Shown here piece after piece: positions 20,325-32,515 of a DNA stretch of 64,000 bases (positions are counted from its first letter, which is position 1; every line of letters begins with the position of its first letter). The DNA lies in NCBI GenBank assembly GCA_965649825.1, contig OZ287699.1, positions 960,477 through 1,024,476 on the forward strand, written 5' to 3'. Source of the DNA: Penicillus capitatus (Eukaryota; Plantae; Chlorophyta). Under the pieces are notes generated by a model. The model saw nothing but the letters and a program-made list of their open reading frames with translations. It ran no database searches and was not told the origin of the DNA. Made by a program: the position numbers and the translations under genes.

Positions 20325-21203
20325 ATGGCGTTTTCCCCTAAGGGTCGTCGCGAAATGACGAGATGTCGATCTGCTTCGAATCCCTGTCCGGCATCGAGTC
20401 ACCCAGAAGGGTGCAGTGGGCAACGTGCATCGTGCACCTGAGAAACGCTCGAGAGATGCAGCGCCTCTGCGCTCCGATGCCAATGGCTTCTTTCCTCTCG
20501 TGTCAGTGAGCTCGGAAACACCAGTCTCGCCGACAAAGACCTGCAGGGGCAGAGATGAAAACGCCTGTCCGAAAACTTATGAGTTGCATGACTCTGCCAG
20601 GTGATCGTGAAACCATCGCAGCACGATTTCTCGTTCTTCCTGGGTGGAGCCTCTCCACGCAGTCAGCTGAAACGGCACGGTCCACGGTATTGTTGCTGTG
20701 ACAATGGATACACCTCGGATTTGTTGGGCTGTTCGCCATGGCGCAGGCGAACGGGACATGTCTCCAGGTCGGACCGTCGGAATCCGACGTCAGCTATGAG
20801 ACGAATCTACAAGCGCGCATCTGCATAGAGCTGTTCGGTGCTGAGGGCGATGCCTGCAGCGAAGAGCAGGCGAGGTCGTCGAGGGTGCGAGGGACGTCAT
20901 GCTGTCGAGGCCCTTCGATTTTGCGGCGATGTGGGGCCACGTATCGCTCGTACCCTTTCCTCATGCGAATGCGACGTTTGAACAGCAGAGGTCCGCACGC
21001 GGCTTCCTTCTCGTCTGGCGGCATCCGCGAATGCTGAGATGGATTCTCTGTCTGTCGACACCCATGGTTTTGTCATTCGCATCAGCGAGACGCCCACACG
21101 TGCAGACGATCCCCACTCTAGCCCCATCATCGTTTTTACCTTCTGCGGCGATACTCACCAGCTCGCGTTTCTAGACAGATGGGCCATAGAGTCATGTCCT
21201 TAA
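20325..21203 (+). CDS. Unknown gene X, copy 2
   Basis: Near-identical to 18127-19005 at offset 2,198; only 3 substitutions seen within the interval. Confidence 0.4.
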
Positions 21204-21286
21204 AGAAAAGAAGAATCATAAAATAGCACACAGTTCTATGGAGACTGTCAATGGTACAGCGTTTGCGAGATCTCTCTGTCTCGGTC

Positions 21287-22537
21287 TCACTGTCTTCCCA
21301 TCTGTTGAAGACATTGAAGAGCTTCTGGGTTTAGACGGGAATCGAGCTCTTCGTTCTCGGGCAGATCTTCGATGGCTGGTGTGACGTCGACATCGGCAGC
21401 CGTTTCCTTCGTCGGCGCACCGAGAGTCTGTTTGCTGCCACGCACACTTGCCGCTTTCTTCGGTGCTCTGCATTTCGAGGCGATGGACGAATGCAGCTGA
21501 ACGGTCCGCGATCGTTCTTTCTCGAGCAGATCTTGGATGTTCCATGCCAGCCAGGGATAGAAACTCGGCACATGAGATCCTCGACGGGTTCCTTTTTGCT
21601 TCATGGACGATGCATTCATACTCACTGGCCGAATTTTGTGTCTCCCAGCATTGCAGCGCATTCCACATGGAATGCGCGTGGCCATCTCGGCCGGATTGAC
21701 ATGTTCCAGCGTTTGATGCACTTCCTGGAGATATCTCAGTTCGCGTTGCATCGTAATAAATTCATACGTCGTGATTTCTCGTTTTCTCAGCACCAGATGC
21801 AACGCGAGCAACATTCCGATGGTGTAACCACAGATAAGGCAGACGAGAATCTGCAATGCCAGCAACGACCGCCAGCAATTGACACCGCAGATGGAACGAC
21901 AGTCGACGAGGCGGAAAGAGGACGTATAACTGCGAAGCAGAAGATAGAGTACCGCCAGGAGATGAAGACAAAGCCATGCGACAGAGCTAAAGAGCAGTCG
22001 CAGAAATGGCCAGTAGTTTTTGGCACCGATGCATGTGTTGAGCCAAGGACAGTGATGATCGAATCCGCAAATGCATTTGTCACACACTCGACAGTGCCGA
22101 CCTCCTACCGGAGAAGGCGACTACACACATGACACAAAAGCACACGGACGAAACTACCTCATACAGAAACGGACTTCGCAAATGGTACAGTAAATCGTCG
22201 TCCCGTTTGCACCGTTTGGCTCGCGTCCTTCCTGCGGATCGATCAGACTACGACGCCATAACAGAATGCGATTCGGCATCCTATGGATGCGGCAATATCT
22301 TGCCTGGTCTTCATGAAGTCGATCAGAACAGCAAAGGCTGTAAGGAGATGCAGAAGACAGAGGAGCGACGCACAGGTGTCCCAAAGGATAACGGGTGCCA
22401 TGGAGAGAGCGAACATTGCTTCTAGACCGATGAAAGAGATCCACAGTGTCACCTGTTGTTGACAGCATTGAGTGGAGAGCAATGATCGATGGGATCTTGT
22501 GGGACCTGATAGCAATTGGGCGGCCATGAAAAACCAT
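21287..22537 (-). CDS. DHHC-type protein S-acyltransferase
   Basis: YCTICE...KHCRVCDKCICGFDHHCPWLNTCIGAKNYWPF with flanking transmembrane segments and ITTYEFI (TTxE motif). Confidence 0.93.
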
Positions 22538-22630
22538 GATGGCGACGCATCTCGGCCACGGTGACGACGAAGACAACGTCAACGTTCAGACGACTTCATT
22601 TAGTATCACGTACTCGACGCCGTTTCGGGA

Positions 22631-22951
22631 ATGGGAAAACGCAAGTTGCCGTCATCCAAGGACAGCTGCCGGGCAACGCTGTCGACAGCACGTGAAGAAA
22701 TCGATGCCATCTTCGATGCGCCGGAAGGGAAAAAGAAGAAGAAGGGCGAAGCGACAAGCCACAGCAGCGACGAAACATCTTCCAAAATCGCTGGGAATAA
22801 AGATGATCTGTTTGGCGAGCGAGAGGGAGGACGCCAGCGTAAGAGAACCATCGAGGGTTTTGCTGTCTACACGGAAGATGAACTTCGCTTGAATGTTCAC
22901 AAAAGCGGGGGGACAGATCTGTGCCCCTTTGACTGTCATTGCTGTTTTTAG
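22631..22951 (+). CDS. DUF1764 family protein
   Basis: EEIDAIF...RKRTIEGFAVYTEDEL...GGTDLCPFDCHCCF C-terminus. Confidence 0.88.
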   Translation: MGKRKLPSSKDSCRATLSTAREEIDAIFDAPEGKKKKKGEATSHSSDETSSKIAGNKDDLFGEREGGRQRKRTIEGFAVYTEDELRLNVHKSGGTDLCPFDCHCCF

Positions 22952-23457
22952 CATTCCAAAGAAACCATCATCTATTTCAATTGCTTTGCTTACATCCATA
23001 AGGAACTGTTGCTAAGACGCAGACATCAACCCCCATCTCTGCAGCTGATGGCAGCCAAGAATCCCACTGTGTATCAAAGACTAAGCGGCAAAAGTTGTGA
23101 ACCATGTCAGTTGGCACCATCATTCTCTTGGACGAACCGAAGCAATGAATCAGAAGTCCATCCATTGTCTCGAGCGTCGAGAGAGGACAGCCATGTGGAC
23201 GACTGACAAAGAGAAGAGCCTATCTGGAATTCAAGTTGTCATAGGCGACGTTGGGATGGCAAGATACCTCAAAAAATACCCTACTGCAACTATGAATGGT
23301 GCAACAACAAAGAAACGAACGAACGAACAAGCAGTCTAAGAGAGAACGTCATATCATCATCGAGTGCCCCCTCCGATGAGGTTCTTGTGTTCCGAATCGA
23401 ACCGATTTAAAGAATGTCACCCCGTTCCAATTTGTGTTGTTCCTTGCTTTGTTTCGT

Positions 23458-24303
23458 CTAATAGTACTGTGACAGGAAAATCCATACAGTGCTCATGGTG
23501 ACCAGCGTCAAGACAACTGTCTGAGATATAGGAATGAAATCTGCATAGATACGACGTGTCATTGTCCCTCCACGGGAAGATCGATACCATTTTTGTCTGC
23601 TCTTTGCTTCAGATGTCCATGCAAATATCCCAGGAAACACCCAACCCAATGACAGCAGTAGAAATAGATGTGACCGAGATGCCTTATCTCCGAGTGTGAG
23701 TTCTGTTGGACATGAAATGTCGATTCCCATGAGCCATAGTGTATTCCATTTACACATAAACTTCCAGAACTCGCACAAGTTTTTTGTTATGACATCGCTT
23801 TCTTCGTAAGGGATTTGAGAGGATGAAAACAATGCAACAACAATGATGAACTGCAAAGGAATGTAGTTATAGGATAACAGAGGAGCACAGTTGGCTGCAA
23901 TGACGACCCAGACTCCCGAATCAATAAGAAGGGAGTGCAGAACTTCTGCGTATGTCATGTTCGTCGGAATCGTCCAATCGACCAGGAATCTGCAGATGAT
24001 GATCCAAATCAAGTGTACTATCAAGTGGCAAAATGGTGGGAAGTCCTTCCATCGCCCTCCGATGAGCTCACGCCGAGCTTGGGACATCAAGTAGAGTAAC
24101 ACTGATGTCGATATCCATTTTATAGTCACAGGATAACGGAGGGAATGTAGGGTCGACAGGGCAAGGCCCACATACGAGCTCAGGAGTAGGAGTTTCGTTC
24201 TGCAGAACTCCGCCTTGTACGCCTTTTCAAGATGGAATTTATGGAAGGCCTCTTCGACAGCTGATTCCGGAAACGTCAGAAAGAGTGTATTCATAGCCGG
24301 CAA
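23458..24303 (-). CDS. Intronless multi-pass membrane protein of unknown function
   Basis: 281-aa ORF with several hydrophobic helices, beginning MNTLFLTFPESAVEEAF. Confidence 0.6.
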   Translation of the reverse strand: MPAMNTLFLTFPESAVEEAFHKFHLEKAYKAEFCRTKLLLLSSYVGLALSTLHSLRYPVTIKWISTSVLLYLMSQARRELIGGRWKDFPPFCHLIVHLIWIIICRFLVDWTIPTNMTYAEVLHSLLIDSGVWVVIAANCAPLLSYNYIPLQFIIVVALFSSSQIPYEESDVITKNLCEFWKFMCKWNTLWLMGIDISCPTELTLGDKASRSHLFLLLSLGWVFPGIFAWTSEAKSRQKWYRSSRGGTMTRRIYADFIPISQTVVLTLVTMSTVWIFLSQYY

Positions 24304-24459
24304 CGCTCAATGGGATGACGGACGCCCGATGAATCGGCAGAAGCGTCCGAAAGAGGGATTTCTTGATCCGACGATCCGATAAACCAAAACCTCCAACAAT
24401 GCTAGACAGTCTACAACACTCGAACATTTTCGCATTAAACACAACGGGCTCGTTGTTCA

Positions 24460-25479
24460 TTAACCGTCGCTCGGCCGTTGCCGCTTTCGCTTCAACAGCG
24501 ATTTCATCACCGAACGCACGTCGCGTCTTTGGGGCGGCGACGCAAAGTATGCACGATGGATACGTTCCAGTGCCGTCTGAATATTGTGCAATTCACTCGT
24601 GGATGAGCACTCGTCCGCACGCATCTCGAGCCATCCACGAGGCGCCGAGGAATCGCGCGACATGACAGCAGGGAAGAAAAAATACTTGGAAGGACAAAGG
24701 AGATTCTCCGAATGCTGTGACCAGACTTGCCATGTGTCGTCGACAACAACCGTCGAACGGTCCGAGCCGATGACAATATCAAGACTCTTGGCCATCGGCA
24801 TCGAGGAATGCTCCCGAGAAATCACCTTACGATGAAAGAGCTCCTTATTGGGATCCAACAACTTTGCCATTTCGGCAGCATAGAGCTCCTCACCCATTGT
24901 GTAGATGTGCATCTCATACAGCGACTTGAGTGCATTCAACAGAGTGAACACGCCTGGGCGGAGCTTCGTCATGCTAAAACATGCCGGAATCTCATGGAGC
25001 GTGCGTTTGTGCTTGACGGGATCCTCCATTTCGGCTTCCATCTCGGCGGCGAACCATTCCTTAAGAGATGGCAATGCCGCAGCGTAGTCGAGGGGAACGG
25101 AGTGCAGCAGTGTATGGTCGAGGTCCAGTACGAGCTGCAGTTTCCCACGACCTTCGGCCTCGGCAGTGCGCATGTCTGAAAGCCGCTGTGCCTCGTCCTT
25201 TGAAAATTCCAGGCGATGATGGACGTAATGGAAGGCAAGGAGTGTCTTCTCGTCATCTTCCGTTTCGGGTTTGTTCGCTCCGCAACGAATACACATTCCA
25301 GAGAGGTATCCCGGATGTGGACACGTTGCCGGTGGCGCGGGTGAAGAAGCGTCGTCTATTCCCTGTCGACTGGAGGGCACGTCCAGCAGATCGGCAAAGT
25401 CTTCACTGCACAGCGACTGCGCGAATTCGCTATGACTCTGGCTGCCCGTTTCGTGTCCGAGGGAGCCGTTTTCGCTCAT
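24460..25479 (-). CDS. RNA polymerase II CTD phosphatase-like (FCP1/CPL4-type HAD domain, no BRCT)
   Basis: HPGYLSGMCIRCG, KLQLVLDLDHTLLHS (DxDxT), KLRPGV, MHIYTMG, VVVDDTWQVW, YFFF. Start taken at MSENG. Confidence 0.9.
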   Translation of the reverse strand: MSENGSLGHETGSQSHSEFAQSLCSEDFADLLDVPSSRQGIDDASSPAPPATCPHPGYLSGMCIRCGANKPETEDDEKTLLAFHYVHHRLEFSKDEAQRLSDMRTAEAEGRGKLQLVLDLDHTLLHSVPLDYAAALPSLKEWFAAEMEAEMEDPVKHKRTLHEIPACFSMTKLRPGVFTLLNALKSLYEMHIYTMGEELYAAEMAKLLDPNKELFHRKVISREHSSMPMAKSLDIVIGSDRSTVVVDDTWQVWSQHSENLLCPSKYFFFPAVMSRDSSAPRGWLEMRADECSSTSELHNIQTALERIHRAYFASPPQRRDVRSVMKSLLKRKRQRPSDG

Positions 25480-26298
25480 GAGAACGACGTGTTGTCGCGG
25501 ATGGCCTCTTCCTTCAACCGCGTCAGCGTCTAAAATGGAGAACGTTATCCGATATAGGCGACGACGAACTACATGAGCAATATCGCCATTATGCCAAATT
25601 GGTGGGCGCCAAAAACGAGGCAATCCCATCCGCGACGCGTCCTTTACATTGCGGATGTTTCTTTGAAGTCGCAGTGAACTTCCAATCCAAATGCCAATCG
25701 GATACGCTGTACCCCTAACTTGTACAGCACTGTTACTATCCTTGGTGACAGTCGGCCTTCGCCTATGGATGATGTGACGTCAGTATCGGTTCAGAGGAGA
25801 TAACGATCGTACGTCAGACGTTTGAACGCTTTGAACTTCCAAACCACGTGTACAGAGAAGCTACCCAGACGACCTTGTCTCAAATCTCTTCACTGTCTGC
25901 CGTCTGAATGGACTGGTGACAGGGACTGCAGCATCAAAGAAGCTGTGGATGACGCGACAGGTCATTCGCTTGCAGGTACAAATCTCGAAAAGCTGACGAA
26001 AGCCGCGTTTTGGGTTTCGGCATTTGCGGTCAATCCTTCACTATATAACCATTCTTACCGGTCAGCCTCCACACAGAACTGCGTTTTGCTCTTTGGTTTG
26101 GCCCACGACTACCAGGTACACATGCCTTCTATTTTGGTCAGATGGACGTTTCATATTTGCACGCCTACAATTGACCATGCCACTATATCTACCCGTCTTC
26201 GATCCATCGGTGCCAACGTTTGTTCTTCCTAGGTCGCTATTCTGTCGTCGTTGCCGCTTGTGGTGAGTAGTTTGACAAACCACGTTAAGATTTTCGCA

Positions 26299-27492
26299 AT
26301 GTTTTCGAGCTTTGACGGCTACTCGCTTGCCTTTCACCCCATGAACTTCCAATCCTCCGGAGGGCGCCGATACGAGGGTGGCTTCGGGCATTACCGAAGT
26401 CACAGCGCTACGAGCAGCGTCGGCTTGTCCCAGCGCCAACATTTTCACGACCCGAAAAAACCAGCCTGGGACATGGAAACGTTGAAGGCTGGCGTTCGCT
26501 GCGCAAAGACGGGAACTGGCGAGGTGAAGGACTTCATCCAAAAGTGTACTTTTCGTCCACGCGAACAAGCTTTCACGACTCTTATCAACATGTGCGGCCG
26601 TCTGCGCGACTGGGAAAAGGCGCTGGAAGTATTCGAGGCGATGAAAGACCTGAAGAACGTGCGTCCGAATACCTACACGTATTCGGCGCTGATTTCGGCG
26701 TGCAGCTGTGCGGGCGAGTGGCGCCGCGCCCTCTCCGTCTTCGATGCGATGAAGGTTGCGGCCGAAAGCGATCCCGGTTGCCGTCCAAATCACGTGACGT
26801 ACTGTGCGTTGGTGACCGCCTGTGAACGATGCGGACAGCACAGGGCAGCACTTGAGCTCTTCGAAGAGATGATGCACGCGAATATCGTCCCCGATCGCGT
26901 GACATGGATTGCGGCATTGTGTGCCGCAGATAAAATTGAAGATTGGCACAAAGCAGAGGAGTTACTGAAGCAAATGCATGACAGAGGAATTGCTGGGACA
27001 TTGGCGGTGTACTGTGGGCTACTCTACCACTATGCTGAACAGGCTGAGTGGCAGAAAGCCTTAGATAACTTCCTCATCATGCAGGAGCTGGGCATTTCTG
27101 TGGACGAACATGTCTGCCTGGCACTGATGTCAGCCTTGTCGGCTGGCTGCCAATGGGAAATGTGTCTGCAGTTATTGGAGTCTATGTCGGACAGTCAGAT
27201 CATCATCGATTTGTTCACCTACAATCTCGCACTGGCAGCCCTGGCTGCAAATGGACGTTGGGAAGAGGCATTGAATGTCCTGTCCAAGATTGTGGACATG
27301 AAACTCAAGCCGAACGAACACACGATCAACAATGTCATTCATGCATGCGAAGCTGCCGGAGAAATGAAGGCAGCAAACGATGTCCTTACTAGATATGGAT
27401 CCGTTTTTGCGAAATCTTGTTCGAACGATACGAAATCTTCTTCAGAGGACACACATACCGATGTAACAGGTGTGTCCAATCCTTCTCACTAG
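26299..27492 (+). CDS. Pentatricopeptide-repeat (PPR) protein
   Basis: Tandem 35-aa motifs: PNTYTYSALISACSCAGEWRRALSVFDAM, PNHVTYCALVTACERCG, PDRVTWIAAL, DLFTYNLALAALAANGRWEEAL. Confidence 0.93.
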   Translation: MFSSFDGYSLAFHPMNFQSSGGRRYEGGFGHYRSHSATSSVGLSQRQHFHDPKKPAWDMETLKAGVRCAKTGTGEVKDFIQKCTFRPREQAFTTLINMCGRLRDWEKALEVFEAMKDLKNVRPNTYTYSALISACSCAGEWRRALSVFDAMKVAAESDPGCRPNHVTYCALVTACERCGQHRAALELFEEMMHANIVPDRVTWIAALCAADKIEDWHKAEELLKQMHDRGIAGTLAVYCGLLYHYAEQAEWQKALDNFLIMQELGISVDEHVCLALMSALSAGCQWEMCLQLLESMSDSQIIIDLFTYNLALAALAANGRWEEALNVLSKIVDMKLKPNEHTINNVIHACEAAGEMKAANDVLTRYGSVFAKSCSNDTKSSSEDTHTDVTGVSNPSH

Positions 27493-28189
27493 ACCGTTGA
27501 CATCACTGAGCCCCCGGTATTGGTTTTGACAGAATCTGAGCACTAGGTGTACCGTTGTTGTTGTTGTGTACTGTTCTTTAATTGATGATGGTACAGACGA
27601 GTGGGAAGAGCGTACCAGACATCCCAGAAGTCGGCGTTATTTCTACCTGTTCTTGTCATTGGAATTGGCTTGTTTTAATCACGGGGGTGCGTGTGGGGAT
27701 GAGCAGTCACGTCTTTGATCATCGTATCTGTATGTTGGTCCACGTGCCTGTAGCAAAGCTAGATGTTTTAAACGAGATTTCTTTAACTGTCTCAATTGCT
27801 GCGCTGGGCCCGATACAAGAACGTGTGCGGAAGAAGTCTGGTATTTTTTTGTTCATCTTCTGCGATGGACCAACCCCGCTTTGTTTTTTTCCGTGGCTCC
27901 TTTTCTTATTGGGCTCATGATTTTTGTTCTCCTTGAATACCATTTGCGGGAGAAGATGTCTCTTCTGTGCCGTCAGTGAGACATGATCTCTTATTCTGTG
28001 AGAATCCATGACGGACACCACAGACGAATGGTGATAGATAGATGATCTACGGTGCCGTACGATTGCTGTTTCTATAAAGTTTTAGTCGAACTACCATAAC
28101 AAAGAAAGGCGACTTCGCTATAGAAACAATCTTCGATTTGAACAGAAAGCACTTTGGACATTAATTCGGTCGGTTATGGATTGATTGAT

Positions 28190-29421
28190 TTACGCATATG
28201 TGGAGGCAGCACGATCAAAGTCTTCTTCTGCCTTTATCACGGCCCTCTCCACAACATGCTTCGAATCGGTTGTCCTCAGTTCGCTAATGCACATCGATTG
28301 CATTCAGAGTGACAATAGACGAGAGAGAAGACGGCACGTCATGTATCGGTTGGCAGGTTTGCCGAGATGGAGTTGACAGGCGGCGAGGTTGGCCAATGTA
28401 TTGGCATCGTTTGGCTGTTTGTTCAGGGCATCGAGCAGATCGCGCTCTGCCTCATCGTACCTCTGCATCAACATATTGCACACAGCGCTGCCGTTATGCA
28501 AAGCAGCCTACAAAGCACATGACTGAACAGCAATGCCGCATCCAGTTCAACACAGACCGTCCATTTGAATTTGTCTCCCAACTCCTGAAAGATGTAGAAA
28601 GCCTCTTGCACTTTGGCACCTCCCTGAGGCACGATCTGAATTTCAGAAGGAGGACCCAATCAGACGCATGCACTTTCTGAATGTCTACCCAAGCGGTTGC
28701 CAATTGTGTGAGAGTCGCATCGTCATCGATCCTCGACATACTCTGAACACCGACCCATGGACACACGCATCATCACACCATCTGCACATGTTGTCAGACC
28801 TTGAGTTGCTGCTCGGCTTTGTCTAGGCGATGCATCTGAAGATAGACCTGTACACTCAGTGCCATCCTGCATACACGCCATTGACATTCGTGCACTCAAT
28901 GCCGGAGAGATGACATTTCAAGTGTCGTGCCAGCATGACACGCCTTCAGTGCCTCGACGCAGTTGCCTTCGTTTGCAAAGATCGTCCCAGCGATCAGACA
29001 GACAAAGGGATTGCTGCTTGTGACGGAATCGGACATCCAGTCCGTCATCTGCTGTATCACAGCATCCTGAAACACCCGCATCCCTCATCGCATGACCGGC
29101 CATTCACAGCCGCCAAGCACTTTGCTGGATGGGTCTGCAAAGTACTGTGCCAGAAGCTTAACGGCCACGAGTGCGGTGGAATGGGTCGAGCTGATCTCTA
29201 GCTGCACCAACTGAACAGAGATGGCATACAGAACTGCAGTTTCGAGCAAGCAACAGGACTTCATATTTTTTGAGAGCGACATAAGCGCGGTAGACAAAGA
29301 AATCGCGCTCGGTCTCTTCGTTGTCTGTCAAGTGATGCAGCTCCTGCGCTTCATTAATGGCCGATTGATAGGCACCGAGGTAAAACAGATTTCCAACATT
29401 CCACAACGACTCAGTCGACAT
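28190..29421 (-). CDS. COPE: Coatomer subunit epsilon
   Basis: LFYLGAYQSAINE, ERDFFVYRAY, DDDATLTQLATAW, KVQEAFYIFQELGDK, NGSAVC, ETL/NTLANL and EEDFDRA are epsilon-COP motifs spread over many short exons. Confidence 0.93.
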
Positions 29422-29525
29422 TTCTCACCAGATGGAATCGCAAATGCGCGAAATGCGGAACGCGACGTCGAATAGACGTCCTTTCTGTACGACCAAGGCC
29501 GGTCATTCGCAGAAGAGCTTCGACA

Positions 29526-30629
29526 ATGACACGGAGCGTATCCACAGTGCGTGTGACCGGCAGAATGTCATCAATAGACAGCGGCGAAATTGAAGTCGAC
29601 GAAGACTTCCGCACACTCATTACACGTGTCGAAGCGCCAAGAAACAATCCGATTTCGCTCGAGAATGAACCACCCTCTTCACGCCAAGTCGTCCCTCTGG
29701 AGCACCATTGAGCCTCTTGTATGAGGGTCGATCCTAGGCAGTCCATTCGGTGTTAACCAGTTGGGTCTCCAAGAAATTCATGAGCGGCTGGTCGGAGGAT
29801 CCCTCTATGGTAGACATTAGTGAGACAGGTGTGTGTTCAGTGCGATTCTGTTTCCAATTGCGGTGACGGTGTACATCACGTGGTGGTTTCTGGACTTCTT
29901 CGATGCGTTCTTCTCCCCGCTGTATACAAAGCTCATTGGATTTGAGGTGTTCGGTCTGGGATTTGTCACATCCATGATCTTCATCTTCACGACGGGTAAG
30001 GACCAGATGGGACACCTGTCAAGATATCACACTTTCATTGTGTATCAGGTCTGTTAATGTCATCATGGGCAGGGGGATTTGTTTTGGCGGTTGGGGAATG
30101 GTTCATTAAACAGGTTCCCCTCGTAAAGAACATCTACTCTGCATCGAAGCAGGTCAGCTGTCATGATCGACTGGATAGATACACAGATAAGCGTCGTGTG
30201 GTGCAGGTCAGTGCTGCACTGAATCCAGACAATGAAGCAACGCGAGCGTTCAAAGAGTGTGTCTTGATCAAACATCCACGCAACGGGGAATTTGCCTTTG
30301 GATTCATCACTGGTGAAACGTGGGTCCATGTGGGTGTCTGTCTGTGCCAGCTCAACAGCTCGATCACGAGGGTATGGATGTAGACTAACGCAGGACAGCT
30401 GCAACTGAAAAGCGTGTACGTGCCTACCAACCATGTATACGTCGGCGATATCTTCATGCTGGCGGACAAGGACATCATTCGACCAGACCTCACTGTACGA
30501 GAAGGCTTAGGTAAGGGAGACACAACAGTGCCATCCAGTGCAGTCCTCTATCCTCTGCCTGTAGAGATCGTGATCTCATGCGGAATGGCACTTCCACGGA
30601 ATCTGACAGCCGTAAGTCGAAGCGGATGA
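29526..30629 (+). CDS. COV1/LCV-like protein (DUF502)
   Basis: KKFMSG..ILFPIAVT.YITWWF, GEWFIKQVPLVKNIYSASKQ, HPRNGEFAFGFIT, VYVPTNHVYVGDI and VISCGM. Confidence 0.92.
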
Positions 30630-30649
30630 TCGTGAAGGGCGTCGCAGGA

Positions 30650-32217
30650 GGAAGGCTATTTATTGGGTCGACACGACGATGTGTCACGTCTTTCCTGTCC
30701 TCTCACGTGTAACACATTGTTCATTCGCAAAACTGGTTCGTGTTGTGATGCAGTCATCCATTGAGTGGGACGCAAGCATTCCCGTCCACCGATTCCTTCT
30801 CCCAGTGCTCCAAGGCACTGGTGAAGTAGACCACGGTTCCGTTAATGTACAGAGCAAACCGGATCTCTGCGTTTTCCTTTGTATAGTAGCAGGCCATGCT
30901 GGCATAGAGTCTGCCATTGACAAACATACATACACATGGGCGTTTGGGAATGGGTGTGCGCACCGCAAGTAGTGTAAGTCATGTGCTGCCTGGACATAAG
31001 AGAGAAATTCAGGCACCTGTGTCAAATGTGTCATGTAGAGAGCCACATGTCCCGCTTTGGGATGTGGACGATCGAGTAGTACAGCGAGTCGACGACCACG
31101 CCTATCCCAACACATCTCCTTAACACACAGACACAGCCCACCACTGTCAACAACATCCACCGTCAGCAGAGAAGCCAGAGAGCAATAGTAAACCTTTGAG
31201 GTGTTGATAGATGTTTTTGGGTATTTGCCAGCAACAGGCGATGCTCTCGAATCCGTTCATCACGAACAAACACTTCACAGAGGTCCAAGCATTGGGCATC
31301 GGAAAAGGCGATGAGCAAAGCGACTCTGAAAGGAGTAGGCATGCTCCACACAAAAGACAGCACAGATTCTCGTGGTCCTTTGGCTCCCATGCGCACACAG
31401 GTCCAGTTCGTTGTATAGTAGATCATCAGCCATCGACGGTCCGACACTGCGACACCGTACGATTTGGCAAGAGTTCGTTAAGGGAGTCGTCTACCCGCAG
31501 CAATGTAGTTTCCACAAGGCGAATAAGAGAGCGCCGTGATTCGGTTGATACCGGTGGTGATTTGCCGTCGGCTCTGGAGGATGTAATCCCACACAAAGAA
31601 ACCGGCCGAATTTGGTCCGGCTGTGGCGAATCGCGTGCCGGATGGATGAAAATCGATGCAATCCATTTCGCTGTGGCCACTCTCTTCGCCATAGCGGATC
31701 ACTTCCAAATCCGTCTCTCGGTTCAATGATCGAGCATAACGCAGAATAACGGGGCCGAGATTTGTGCTGAGGCCGAGGTTATGTCCTGTGATTGGCTGGG
31801 CTTGGATGCTGTGCACGGTCGAAGCCAGTTGCCGGGGATCGTTCGTGGAGTAGATGCGCTCCCAGACTGTGGTTTTCACGTCGTAGCAGACGACATCGCC
31901 GTCGATCGTGGCAATAGCAATGCAGTTTGGATCGCCCATGAAAGTGATGCGTTGGCCAAAGGACAGCGCTCTTGTCTGCAAAGCCGGCTTCCATTGCAAT
32001 CCAGCCCACAGCATCTTGATCACACGCATCGAGACGTGCTGTTGATAGAATCTAAAAGATACATGGTAACGGACGAGGCGTGATAGGGTAGATTCGCACC
32101 CATCGATATCCACCTCAGGCTGCGGCGGTTCTGGGCAACGATTTCACGGTCGGTGGAGCTGATGCCGATGGACATGGGTACCTTGAGGCGGTCCTTCGTG
32201 CGGAACGTCGGCGACAC
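30650..32217 (-). CDS. WD40 protein, probably the nucleoporin Aladin (boundaries approximate)
   Basis: WD repeats (IDFHPSGTRFATA...VWD; ALSYSPCGNYIAAG) and EMCWDRRGRRLAV, resembling the Aladin motif xWDxSGxRLAV. Confidence 0.6.
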
Positions 32218-32515
32218 GATGTAGGTTTAGCGACGGGGCGAGTTCGCTGCGCAGTTCCTGCATTCGGCAAGTCGAATGAAACGATCGGCGTTTCTCCAAT
32301 GAACCGTCCCGTTCAACAATTTGAGCAGCTGTTCACGCGTCACAGAAACGATACGCAATGAGCGTCATGGTAGATGAAAGGACAAGAGAGATGATCCAAT
32401 GTCCTCTCGTGCGTTGGTTGTTAACACGGATCAGAGAAAAGATAAAAATTAGCGAAGAATGGAAGTCACTCGATATGGGAAAGCGAATGCGAAATGATCC
32501 CACAATTCGCTCTCT

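Larger units (their letters stand above)
11838..21607. repeat. Tandem segmental duplication: unit 1 = 11838-19411 (interrupted by the LTR element), unit 2 = 19406-21607
   Basis: Direct comparison: 11838-12030 ~ 19406-19598; 12540-13125 ~ 19645-20226; 18029-19411 ~ 20227-21607. The junction carries the hexamer CATGGA shared by both breakpoints. Confidence 0.95.

Noticed and set aside
27582-28021. Short ORFs between the PPR and COPE genes, and similar ones at 23000-23340 and 52400-53050
   Set aside because: No recognisable motifs or convincing splice structure; may be UTR or intergenic sequence.
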